64,000 bases of DNA from the human T2T-CHM13v2.0 reference genome, Homo sapiens: the NCBI RefSeq assembly GCF_009914755.1, contig NC_060941.1, one strand, 5' to 3'. Made by a program: the position numbers and the translations under genes. Shown here piece by piece: positions 1-14,318 of this stretch. Every line of letters begins with the position of its first letter. Within the stretch, counting starts at the first letter, position 1. Below the pieces are notes generated by a model. That model was not told where the DNA came from and made no database searches. It worked only from the letters and a program-made list of their open reading frames with translations.

Positions 1-180
1 AAACGGAGGTCAAGAAGGTGGAAAAGACTTGCCTAAGGCCACACAGCATGAGTGAGTGTGCCTAAGGCCACACAGCATTGGGCCAAGAGCCTGGGACTTG
101 GTAAGCCCCTCCTGAGCCCTCCTCCTGAGCCAGGCCCTGTCTCAGGTTCTAGCACATGCAACTGCAACCAGCAGGGTATG

Positions 181-750
181 TGTCATAGTCTTAAAATATG
201 GCCACAAATTCTTTGATGATCTTCCCATTGAGCTGTGGGGTCTATTTCTCTCTTTTCTTTGAATATTCGCAGGGTTATGACTGCTTCAATTAATTGAGTA
301 CAGAGAGGTGATGCTGTATGACTTCCAAGCCTAAGTCATCTCAGGCCATCAGCTTCTGCCTTTGTTAATGGAACACTTGCCTTTGGAGTCCTGAGCCTCC
401 AGGTAAAAAGTTCAACTATCCCAAGGCTACCATGCTGTGAGGAAGCCCAAACTACACAGAGGGGCCATGTGAAGGCACTCTGGTTGACAGTCCCCACTGA
501 GATGTCTCAGTCCAGGCACCAGGCATGTGAGGGAAGAAGCCCCCAGGTGATTTCAGCCCTCAGCCTTTCCAGCCACCTCTAGCCATTTGAGTCTTCACAA
601 CCCTGGCCCTAGACATTGGAGAGCAGAGACAGGCCACCCTGTTGGGCCCTGGCCAAATTCTTAAACCTCTGAATCTGTGAGCCTAATAAAATGGTTGTTG
701 TTTTATGTCACCAACTTTGGGGTGGCTTGTTACACAGCCACAGATAGCTG
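181..750 (+). mobile_element. MaLR LTR (MLT1-type), old
   Basis: MLT1-like text (catgctgtgaggaagcccaa...; aataaaatggttgttgtttta...ggtggcttgttacacagc). Subfamily uncertain. Confidence 0.65.
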
Positions 751-1915
751 TGCCATCTTAACCTGCTGGATTGGTACCCCTTAAGTCTCTGATATCCATG
801 CTTCTGCCCGGCCACTAATGAAGCCACATCTGTTCCCACCAGAAGACCACTGAGAAGGCCAGTGAGTGTGTGGTGGGGACCCTTGTTTGAAGGAAGTTGG
901 GTGAAGGAAGTTGCTGACATGCATGACTGCTAACAAAAGAATATACATCTGCGGAGGTTGTTCTGGAAGTATCTTAGGGAAGTAAAGGAAAGGAATTAAG
1001 ACTCATCGACAACAGACTCCATTCCTTGCCCTGCCCATCCTTATTCATTTATTCAACAAGGGGTCTATGAGCAACTACGAGGTGCCAGGCCCTGTGTTAA
1101 GATTCTGGGACATGGACACAGGCCTGGCCCTAGTGGTTCTCCTAGTCCAGCTAGAGACAAACATTAAACGATGATTAATATACATACTTTGAATGAAAAA
1201 CTTAGGGTGTTCTGAGAGTGCGTGGAGACCTATTTAATCCTCATAATATCCTTCTGAGGTAGGCACCATCCTTTCTATTTTGCAGGGGAATACTAAGGCT
1301 CAGAGGGGTTAAGAGACCTTCCCAAGGTCACCCAGCAGGGGAGACACCAGATTGCAAAGAAGCAGCCCCCACCCACCTAGTGAGGCCAGGAAAGCAGAGG
1401 CATAAATGTCCAGCTGAGCATGAGACTCCTTGGGCCAACAGGAGCACGGTGGGGTCAGCACCCTCAGACAGGCAACCTCTGAGGGAGCAGCATTAACCCC
1501 TGGGAAGCCAGGGTAGCTTGTTAATCCAGCAAACCTGCACTTCTCAAGAAAAAATGGCCCTCTGTTGGGAAGGAATGATTGAGCTCTAATCATCTAGCAG
1601 TCCCTGGGCAGCCACACTCACCATCTCTATAATGAGGGCAGAAATAGAAGGCAAGAGGTATGGTAACCATCCAGAGGCAGTGACTGGGACTCCTAAACCC
1701 CTCCTTGATTCTGAGTCCCCAGGGGCCAGTGGAGGGGCATTGGGAGGTGAGACAAGACATGCAGACAACCCGCCTCCAAGAGATGTCATAGAGAAGTGGG
1801 CTTCAGACCTTGGGGTGTGGAAGCACCTGGAGAATAGGTGAAAACGCTGATGCTTGGCCCCACCCTGAGGGATTTGGGTTCATTTGGTCTGGGGCGAAGC
1901 CCGGGCATCTGTGGG

Positions 1916-2311
<396 letters not shown>

Positions 2312-2443
2312 TAGGCAAATAAATCATTAGGGAAATTGGTTTCAGGCTCATGGTATTGTTCCCCACAATGCTGGGCAAGTTACTTGTCCATTCCAAGTTT
2401 CATTTTCCCCTACCTGAACAATGGAGCTAATAAAATTGATTTC

Positions 2444-2752
2444 GCCGGGCGTGGTGGGTCATGCCTGTAATCCTAGCATTTGGGAGGCCAAAGTGGGGAT
2501 GGATCACCTGAGGTCAGGAGTTCGAGACCAGCCTGGCCCATGTGGTGAAACCTCATTTCTACTAAAAAAAATACAAAAAATTAGCCGGGCATGGTGTGGC
2601 ATGTCTGTAGTCCCAGTTACTCGGGAGGCTGAGGCAGAGAATTGCTTGAACTTGGGAGGCGGAGGTTGCAGTGAGCCGAGATCGCATCACTGCACTCAGC
2701 CTGGGTGAGTGCAGAGTGAGTGAGACTCTGCCTAAAAAAAAAAAAAAAAAAA
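2444..2752 (+). mobile_element. Alu (AluS-like)
   Basis: gccgggcgtggtg... with poly-A tail. Confidence 0.9.
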
Positions 2753-3957
2753 TTTCACAGTGTAGTTTTGAGGACGTTGTAAGAGGGCGTGAGTTATGTG
2801 CCAGGTGGGTGGTAAACGTTCAATAGATGCTACTTTCCTTCCTTCCTGAGCATTTGGACCACACAGAGACCTCCCTGCTCTTGGCTTTGGCTTTAAGGAG
2901 CTTGTGGTCACTGAGAGGATTTTGCACTGGAAGTACATGCATTCAAAATGGATACCTAAGTGTATATTTTCTGGTGTAAACTATATGTCGACTCTAACTT
3001 TAGCCCGGGGGAGCTTTATTATTTGTCTCCCTTTCATGAAAGCTATAATAGAGGAAGAGAAAACCCTGCCTCGCACATTCCGATTCCTAAATACATAATT
3101 TATAATTTTCTGGGATATTATTTAAGTTTATTTTAGTTCTGGATACACACCATCCCCGTGGGGTGCTTATTTAAGTATCGGGTGGGCTCTGGAAAGGCCT
3201 GGAATGCCTCAAAAGGAGGGAAGAAGATTCTTTCCATTCATTAAACAGCAGGGCCTGGGGTCTTTGCAGGTTCTAGGGCTTAGAAGTTTCCTTAACACCA
3301 ACTGAGGAGTCCCAGGGTGGGAGCTGAGCTCACACGAAGCTCTACTTCGCGTGTCCTGAAGCTTTGACAGTTGGGCCTCTTTCTGGCTTTTGCATCCTCT
3401 GCTCATACTAAGGCCAGCAGAGCTACAGGTTGGACCATGGTCTGGCCGGGAGCTCCAGCTTCCTCTTTTCCTCTCAGTAGTCATCGGGCCAGCTGCCCAT
3501 ACCTGGTGCCCAGGTATGAGAAGAGACCTTTGGCTTTCACCAGGTTCTTGAGAGGGTCAGGGACCTCCAAAAGGATAAATGCCATTGGTCAGATAGTCAC
3601 TGTCTACCTCCCTCCCATCCATTTCCTGCCTTCAACCCCTGTTCTTGGGACAAGGCCTTCGCTGGCATTCAATGGCGGGTCCCTGAGGAAGGCCCCAGCC
3701 TTGCCGAACATCCTTCAAGGGAGACTTCAGCCCCTGGCCCTGCAGTGAGTGTGTTGTTAGCAGCAGAGGGGCTGAGTGAGGCAGTGGGATGGGGCTTTTC
3801 TTTTTTGTTCTGGTTGCAAATTATAAACCCCCAAATGCTGGAGTTCCAGACTGAGGTTCACAAACTTTAGAGGGCAGAACTAAAGTCAAATGTGCTTTTA
3901 AAAGCACCCCAGGAGATGCTGATGTGGGTGGACACTTGAAGAAACACTGGTTGATAA

Positions 3958-4309
<352 letters not shown>

Positions 4310-4647
4310 TGAATTGTTCAAGCTTAAAAAAAAGTAGGCACCCTTTAGGAAGGCCAGTAGAAGTCCCATTCCCAAGGAGGGCAGGCCTGTGAGCACGTTA
4401 ATGGCAACAGTGGCAGCTAACAACCACTTTTGTAGCCCTACTGTGCCCCAGACACTGTTCTAAGCACTCATAAACATTAATCTAAACCTCCCAAGAGCCC
4501 CACATGCCAGGACACTCGTGCCTCTATTTCAGGAAAGGCCATCTGGATCTTGCAGGACGGCAAATGGGAGAGGACAAACAGAGCCCCATAGGTGAAAAGG
4601 AGGAACGAGAGGCTGGAGAGGAATGGGGAGCATTAGAGATCACAAAA

Positions 4648-5131
4648 TGTGGTAGACAGAATAATGGTCCCCAGATGTTCGCATCCACATCCCTGGAACT
4701 TTTGAACGTTACCTTATCTTACCTTATGTGGCAAAAGGGACTTTGCAGGTATGATTACGTTAAGAATCCTGACATGTGAAGATCATTCTGGATTATCCAG
4801 ATTAATCCAGGTGGATTGGGGGAACCCAGTGTCATCACATTTAAGGGTCCTTAGATGTGGAAGATAGGGGTAGAAGGGTGAGTCAAGGGAGTGCCATGAG
4901 AGAAGATGGAAGGGGTCACAAGCCGAGGAATGCAGGCCACTTCTCGGATCCGCAAAAGGCGAGGATATGTGGTCTCTCCAGATAGGAGCACAGCCCTGCT
5001 GGAACCTGGATTTTAGCCCCATGAGACCCATCTTACACTTGTGACCTTTAGAGCTGTAAGGTCATAAATTTGTGTTGCTTTAAGGCTCTAAGTTTGTGGT
5101 AATTTGTTGCAGCAGCCATAGAAAACTAGTA
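4648..5131 (+). mobile_element. MaLR LTR (MLT1C/D-like)
   Basis: tgtggtagacagaataatgg start; ...gtggtaatttgttgcagcagccatagaaaacta end. Confidence 0.75.
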
Positions 5132-5712
5132 GAAGGAAGAAAAGGAGCATTAAGAGAGATTTCCCACTTTGCTTTGAAAAGTGGCTAGAAATAGATGGGG
5201 AAACGGGGAGAAGATGGCCCAGAGCGGAACGGGGGAGAAAGTCTTCTTCTATGACTAAGGAAGAGTGAGGCTTCTAAACGGCCCTCAGGAAAGTGTTTGT
5301 GCCATGATGCTTTTCAGGAGAGAGTAGAGATCAATTGATCTCTGTGCTGTGTTCTTACATGAAATATTTGGGAGGGAAGTGTTGTGGTGAGTCACTTGTA
5401 TTTTTTTTTAAATACCTGCCACTCCCAGTTTTCCAGATAGCTGAGGAAAGGCTGGGGTTCAAATCCCATAAAAAACCAACATCATTCAATTGGTACATTC
5501 TCTAAAATGTACATAAGACATCTAGGAGGACTTCATAATGATTAAGAGCAATCAACTGCTAATGCAGTGAGTGCTTATTTTTTCCAGGCACTGTACCAGG
5601 CATGCTGCTTCATTTAAATTTTGCAGGGACTTTTGAAGTAGGTCCTACCTTGATTTCCATTTTGCAAGTGAAAAGCATCACATTGAGATGTGGCCCTTCA
5701 GCCTTAGCCCTT

Positions 5713-6088
5713 TGATATGGTTTGGCTCTGTGTCTGCACCCAAATCTCATTTTGAATTGTGCTGCCATAATTCCCATGTGTTGTGGGAGGGACCTGGTGG
5801 GAGATAATTGAATCGTGGGGGCAGTTTCCCCCATACTGTTCTCGTGATAGTGAATAAGTCTCACGAGATCTTATGGTTTTATCAGGGGTTTCCACTTTAG
5901 CGTCTTCCTCATTCTCACTTTGCCTGCTGCCATCCATGTAAGACGGGACTTGCTCCTCCTTGCTTTCTGCCATGATTATGAGGCTTCCCTAATCACATGG
6001 AACTGTAAGTCCAATTAAACCTCTTTCTTTTGTAAATTGCCCAATGTCAGGTATGTCTTTATTAGCAGTGTGAAAATGGACTAATAGA
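5713..6088 (+). mobile_element. THE1 solo LTR (MaLR) with 5-bp TSD CCCTT
   Basis: tgatatggtttggctctgtg...gtgtgaaaatggactaata. CCCTT at 5708-5712 and 6089-6093. Confidence 0.9.
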
Positions 6089-6260
6089 CCCTTCTTCCTC
6101 CTTGCTAAAATACTTTTTTGATGGTGATCATGAATTGGCCTTTGCGTGCAGTGAGTTTTGACTGGTCTGCCAATGCCTTTCCTTTCCAGCTATGAATGGT
6201 TTTAAAAAATATCAATGACAAGGCCCCACCTCATAACCATTAAATGCAAAACTCTGGTAG

Positions 6261-6591
<331 letters not shown>

Positions 6592-6884
6592 GGGCCCAGG
6601 TGTTTCTTAAAAGCTCTCAGGTGATTCTAATGTTGCAGCCAGGGATGAGACCATTTGTCTAAGGCAATCTGGATAACTCCTTTCCCATTAGCCAGGGATT
6701 AGCCTGTGAACTATTCTGACCAAGGAGGCATGAACTTTTCTGTTTCTGGATGTTGTCATCTGCAAATAACAGGAAGGAACCTAGGATCTGAAGATGCTGC
6801 TGAGCTGCCTGAGTAGCTCACCTGGATCCACCCTATTTCTAGACTTCTTGTTATATGGTGAATAAATGTCCTCCTGGTTTAAGA

Positions 6885-7115
6885 CAAGGGTTGGCAAACT
6901 ATGACCCAGGAGCCAAGTCTGGCCCACTGCTTGATTTTGTAAATAAAGTTTTATTGGAATACAGCCATGCCCATTTGTTTATGTATTGTCTACATATTGT
7001 TTAGTGCTACAATGGCAGGGATGCATAGTCACGACAGAGACCTTATGGCCTGCAAAGCCTCAAATATTTACTCTCTGGCCCTTGGCCCTTTGCAGAAAAA
7101 GTTTGCCAGCTCCTG
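6885..7115 (+). mobile_element. MER58A-like hAT-Charlie MITE
   Basis: Terminal inverted repeats caagggttggcaaact / agtttgccagctcctg. Degenerate 8-bp TSD gtttaaga/gtctaagg. Confidence 0.8.
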
Positions 7116-7633
7116 GTCTAAGGGTCTTTTTGTGGGCCTTTCTATTACTTGCAGTTGAGGGTATCTGTTAATTTGGGAGTTTAGCTTCCCCAAGGTGGCA
7201 TTGTTAGTGATGGCAAGTTTTGCCCCCTTTAAGCCATTTTTTCATGGGAGAATAATTACAGAATGATCTTTAAGGGATTTCAATAATATCAGCCAATCCT
7301 ACTGCCCACGGGGAAGTGGGATCACACAGGTTGGGGCTTCAGATAGGCCTGGATTTATGGCCTGGTTTTATCATATAGATCCAATTGTCTTTGAAAAGTG
7401 ACTTCATCTTCTAGTCCTCAACTTTCTCATCTAAAATGAGGACAGTTATATCTACACGAAGGATGGGTACCCTCATGGAGGCAATTCCAGACAAAGGGAT
7501 CAGTGCAAGCAAAGGAAGCGAGGTGAAAAATCTCCAGGTCCACATGGAGAGCCGCAAGCTGCTCTGCCTGACCTAAGCCAAGAGCATAGAAAAGGGGTCA
7601 TGGGGCACACTGTGGTGAAGATAGGCTGGCATT

Positions 7634-8390
7634 TGTTGCATAATAATTTCTCCAGTTGTCTTGGGTTTCTGAGAGGTAGCTTCTAAACCCTTGGAATTTC
7701 CCAAGTGATAGGAATGTCTTTGTTATTCATAGTGAGCCACTGGGACCATGCCTGAGTTTATACTAACAAGGTGACTCATGGTGGGCCCCTAGATAGTTTC
7801 AAGATGGGGACTAGCCATTAGGAACCAACCAAATGATTAGAGGGTTGGGGTTTTGAGCCAGATTATATCAGCCTGACTTCCAGGGAGGTTAGAGATTGAG
7901 TTCAATCACATGGCCAATTATTTGATCAATCATGCCTCGTGATGAAACACCAATAAAAACTCTGGACCTCAAGGCTCAATTGAGCCTCCTGGTGGGTGAA
8001 CACCAGTGTGCTAGGAGGGTGATACATCCTGACTCCATGGGGAGAAGATATGGAAGCTCTGTGTTTGGGATCCTCCCAGACCTCACCCTATGGATCTCTT
8101 CATTTGGCTGGTCCTGATTTGTACCCTTTATAATAAAAGTGTAATGGTAAGTATAGCACTTTGCTGAGTTATGTGAGTCATTGTAGCAAATTGTCAAATA
8201 TGAGGGGTTGTGGGAACCCCCAAATTTGTAGCCAGTTGATCAGAAATGCAGGTAGCCTGGGGACCCCATATTATGTGGGGTCTCTGAAGTGAGGGCAGTC
8301 TTGTTGAAGACTATGTCCTTAACCTGTGGAGTCTGTACTAACTCCAGCTCCAGGTAGTTGACACTGCAAAAGTATATACTGCTGTATTGC
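7634..8390 (+). mobile_element. MER21-like ERV LTR
   Basis: Characteristic text ttctaaacccttggaatttcc...gagattgagttcaatcac...aataaaaactctgga...gggaacccccaaatttgtagcc. Ends approximate. Confidence 0.7.
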
Positions 8391-9579
8391 AGAGCTGGAT
8401 TCATGAATGCCTGTTTCCAGACTTGGATTTAATTTGGTTGGTGGTGGGGAGCCATAGAAGGTTTATGAGAAGATGAATGACAGGATCACTAACTGAGATT
8501 CTGGAAGAATAATTGGGCAGAGATAAAGGCTATCTAGAGCTCTCCCTGAGTCACAGGATCTTTTGGTCATGCACTCTCAACTTTGACATGTGATGCTGGT
8601 CACCAAAGATGCTTCCTTTCAAAAATAAACAGCAGCTATAAAGGAACTCACATATATTGGTAGGGTTGGAGCCATCCCAGGGCAGGCCAGGCCTAGGAGC
8701 TACAGGAAATCCTCACTTCTGGAAGCAGAAGGTCAGTTGCTTCTTCCTGGACCACACCCTCTGCAGACACTAGGGCTCATGGAGGAGTCCTGGAGGGATA
8801 CACAGCCCAAGCCTTTGCTTTCCACCGTAAGAGGATGGCAGTAGAATCTGGGTACAGCTTCCTCTTGGAGGTTTGGGGAACCCAGTGACATTCAGGAGCC
8901 CCCTTTTTTAAACCTTCTGTGCCCTCCAGCTTGCTTCTTTCCAGCAACAGCTAGCCACTGGGGCATTGTATTTCAGCCTTTCTGGGGCATCCCCTGCAAG
9001 ATAGGCACCGGCACTGCCTGCTCTCTCTCTCCCTGGATCTGATTTAGCCTTCACTGAAACCCTGCCCAAGATGATGACTTAATCTCTGGGCTGAGCGAAT
9101 GCAGCCAATATGTTCAGATGGATTTTGCAAGACAAAAGCTCAAATCTGTTTTGTGGCTGCAGATACACATTCAGACTGAACCACATCCGTGGTCATTCCA
9201 GTCACAAACACAAAGGGTGCCATGAATTCTTTCCATGAAAAATAATTTCCATTGTATTGTTTCTGTCATCATTCATTTCATGATAAGTCAGTTAAAACAG
9301 CCGGTCCGAGTCTGTCATTGATTCCAAGAGCCCCATTGTCGTGTCCTTAACTTACTGATAGTTTTAGGTCTTAATTGTTAGTAGCAAAGTTTCTTTTCAG
9401 GAATTCTGTTTTCTCATTGACTTTGATGAGAAAGAAAATGTAGAGAGATGCTAGCGAAAAAATTTAATTGCCCTCAAAGAAGTAGCAATCTTTTTTCTTT
9501 AATATATATTATGCATCAAGCAAAATCATTTTCTGAGAACTAGTTCCAGATTGCGTCCAATGTCATGGGTTGTGTGTCT

Positions 9580-10620
9580 TATTTATTTATTTTCTCATTG
9601 AGATATAATTCACATACCGTAAAATTTACCATTTTAAAGTGTACAATTCAGTGGTTTTAGTATATTCAAAAGACTGTACAACCATCACCACTACTTCCAG
9701 AACATTTTCATGACAGAAAAAAGAAACTTCGTCCTCATTAGCAGTTACTCTCCACTTCCACTGTCTTACATTCCCTGACAACAACTAATCTCTCTTCCAT
9801 CTCTATGTACTTGCCTATTCTGGACATTTCATATAAGTGGAGTCATATAATATGTGGCCTTTTGGTCTGGCTTCTTTCACTTAGCATGTTTTCAAGGTTC
9901 ATCCATGTCGTGCGATATATCAGTACTTCATTTCACTTCAGAATTGCATAATACTCTATTGTATGTGATGCAGGGCAGATGAACCCCAAATTGGGACTTA
10001 GTCCATGAGGATTTTTGGCTTTGCCCAGGAAGGAATTCAAGGGCAAGCCAGAGGTAGAAGACAGCTTTATTGAAGCAGCAGTGGTTACAGCTCTGTGACT
10101 GCTCCTGCAGAACAGGGCTACCCCATAGGCAAAGAGTAGCAGCTCAGGGTATTTTGCAGTCATATTTATACCACTTTTAATTACATATGGATTAAGGGGT
10201 GGTTTATGCAGAAATTTCTAGGGAAGGGGTAGTCACTTTTGGGTCAGCGGGTCATTGCCATGGAAAGGAGTGGTAACTCCCAGGTGTTGTCATGGCAATG
10301 GTAAACTGACATGGCTCACTGGTGGGCATATCTTATGGAAAGCTGGTTCTGCCCCTTCCTTGTTTTAGCTAGTCCGCAGTTTGGTGTCTGACTTCATCTC
10401 TGGAGTCGAGTCTCACTTCCTACCTCATATGGATATACAATAATGTGTATATCCATTCATCAATTGATGGATATTGGATTGTTTCCAATTTTTGGCTATT
10501 ATGAATAATGCTGCTATGAACATTCATGTGCAAGTTTTTGTACTGACATATTTCCAAATCTCTTGGGTATATACCTAGGAGTGGAATTGACGTGTCATAT
10601 AGTAAACTCTATGTTTAACC
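9580..10620 (-). mobile_element. Old L1 (L1MB/ME-like) 3' fragment, split by an ERV1 LTR
   Basis: Antisense L1 3' UTR text (gagatataattcacatacc...gctgctatgaacattcatgtgcaag). Confidence 0.8.
9966..10427 (-). mobile_element. ERV1-class solo LTR (MER66/MER4-group-like) with 4-bp TSD TATG
   Basis: TG...CA termini. TATG at 9962-9965 and 10428-10431. AATAAA on the minus strand. Family name tentative. Confidence 0.8.
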
Positions 10621-10714
10621 TACTGAATTAGAGTATCTGGGACTACGGCCCAGCAATCTGTTTTAACAGCTCTCCAGGTGATTCTATGATCACCACAATT
10701 TGAGAGGCACTGCC

Positions 10715-11750
<1,036 letters not shown>

Positions 11751-13590
11751 TGCATAGCAGCCCCCAAAGTTTTAGCAGCGTGGTTAGTGGAGAGCTGTGG
11801 CTTTTGCCTCCATCTAAATTTTTCTTTGAGCAAATTACCTCTCTCCTGACAGCCCTGTTGGGGGTGTCAGTTGTGGGGTTCTGGTACCTCCCATCCCGGC
11901 CCCAGCTAGAGCAGGCAGGCCCACAGGAATTTGAATCTGGAGGGAGTTATCAGTGGTGGAGCGTAGAGGCTGCAGGAATCTTCATATAAGTGGAGTCATA
12001 TAATATGTGGTCTTTTGGTCTGGCTTCTTTACTTAGCATGCTTTCAAGGTTCATCCATGTCGTGGGATATATTAGTGCTTCATTTCACTTCTGATGGCAG
12101 GGTCCTGAATTAAGTCCTGCCCTGAGGATCACACTGTTACATCTAGGCCTTGTAGGATTCCTGAGAATTGCATCCCATCTGCCCTGCTCTAAAATCTACA
12201 CAGCCTTTGCCATATCCATTTATCGATTTGGCTCAGCAACATCTACTAATGATGCTTAAATCCTGGGCAAGTGTATTTGAAGTGGCCCCAGAGGTTAAAG
12301 ATCTGGATGTTCTCCCTCCAGCAACAGCACCACTGCCCCACAGCCTGGGGATTTTCTGTTCTGCTTGCTATTAATCACTTACTTATTGCATACTTATATG
12401 TGCCAAAAATGGGATCCTCTCTTGCCCTATTGTAAAGTGATACCCATCTTCTAGAAACCAATCCAGCAATATATGAGAAGAGCCATAGAAATGTGCCCCC
12501 TTGGGGAAAAGAAATAATCCTAAGTAGAGAAAAATGTATTTGAGCAAAGTCATTCATGGCCACATTCTGCCCTTCCGTGGCCAGAAATGGATAAAAGCTG
12601 AATCTACTGCCAGCAAGTATCACCTCCACTCATTCATGATGCAGAGCGTCCCCACCCTTCCCACTGGGTTGCCTTCCAGAAAACAGCTTCCATGATGCCC
12701 AGTAATCTCTGTTTCCCTTGATCTCTCTCATCTCCTTCCTTGTCTAACCTTCTTCTCTTAGAAAAGGAGCTTCATCCCCTTTGGTCAGTAGCCAGCAAAT
12801 CTGGATTGCTCCCTGTGGCCCTTGTGCTCAAGGCAAATAGAACCACCTGCTCCACATCCTCCCATCTTCTGAGTGGAGGGGCCTTGAGATAATCCACTTC
12901 TCTGCTTAGAGTGGATTCTTGATGTATCACTCTAATGATTTATGAGGTTAAAAGGCTCCCTCCTCAGTAGGGGTGAGCTTAAAATGTTCCCTCCTCAGTA
13001 AGGATGAGCATAGAGAGGGAAAAGGAGCTGACAGAACCAGAGAATCCCATCCACCACATTTACGATAGTGAAAACATTAGAAGCCATCCAATGTTCCAAA
13101 CACCTCTGGTACCAGCCAAGGGGGCTGACCCAAGGCAGGATCCCAGGAGCTAGGGTTGAGTGGGTGGGGGAGGCACTCCAGGCAACAAGGCATCAGATCT
13201 GAGGACAGGTGCCAGGCTCAGCCTGACAAGGTAGGCCAAGGGACAGTTCTAGAGAAGCAGCCAGGATAACCTGTTTTATTTTGTTTTTAATTGGGTGCAG
13301 ACACAAGGGGAGTATGGAAAGCCATTGGCTCAGGTCTCAATGGGTCTCAAATTTAGACTTCTGCTATTTTTTTCTTCAAGTGCAATTGCATATTTAGTCT
13401 CAGAGAGTGACTCTGACAAGACCCAAAGAGAACATTTGTCATTTGGCCTTGACCTTGTCTCCACATCTGGAGAGTTGGTATCACGTGTGGTACCTTATTT
13501 GTACATTTCTTGGGGGTTCATAACAATGTTATACCACATTACTGGTGAAAGGAATATTAATTTGTTCAGTGTAAACACTGAAATAGCTGA

Positions 13591-13818
<228 letters not shown>

Positions 13819-14279
13819 TAGGCATATTTACATTTTATAGTATATTAGGAACCTCAAAAACTGATGGCAATTCAGGTTTTTCCAGTATTCAAGAAGGCAT
13901 TATCTAAGCTGTCAGATCTAGGGGGGTGGTGAGTGTGATACATAAATTGGGAGGTAAATCAAAAAGTCTGGAGCAGGCAGAAGAATGCAGGAAGAGGTCA
14001 GGGAGTGAAGGACTGGATTGAGAGGGCCAAGATTTGGGGTTTGAACAGGGCTGACTTCAGGGAGCGGGAGTCTGGCCCCAGGTAAAACTTAGTGTCATTG
14101 TGTGGGTCAGAAGACAACAAAGGATCCTTAAGGAAACTATGGCCCATCATCTCAGTAGACCAGGCAGCCTTTGGGAATGATGGTCACAAAGACTCTGTGG
14201 CAACATAGAAAATGCTAATGGTGTCATACAGAATACAGAACTTTATGGACCTATGGTACAAACAAACACATGCATGTGC

Positions 14280-14282
<3 letters not shown>

Positions 14283-14317
<35 letters not shown>

Positions 14318-14318
14318 A
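14283..14318 (+). repeat. (CA)n microsatellite
   Basis: Direct reading. Confidence 0.95.
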
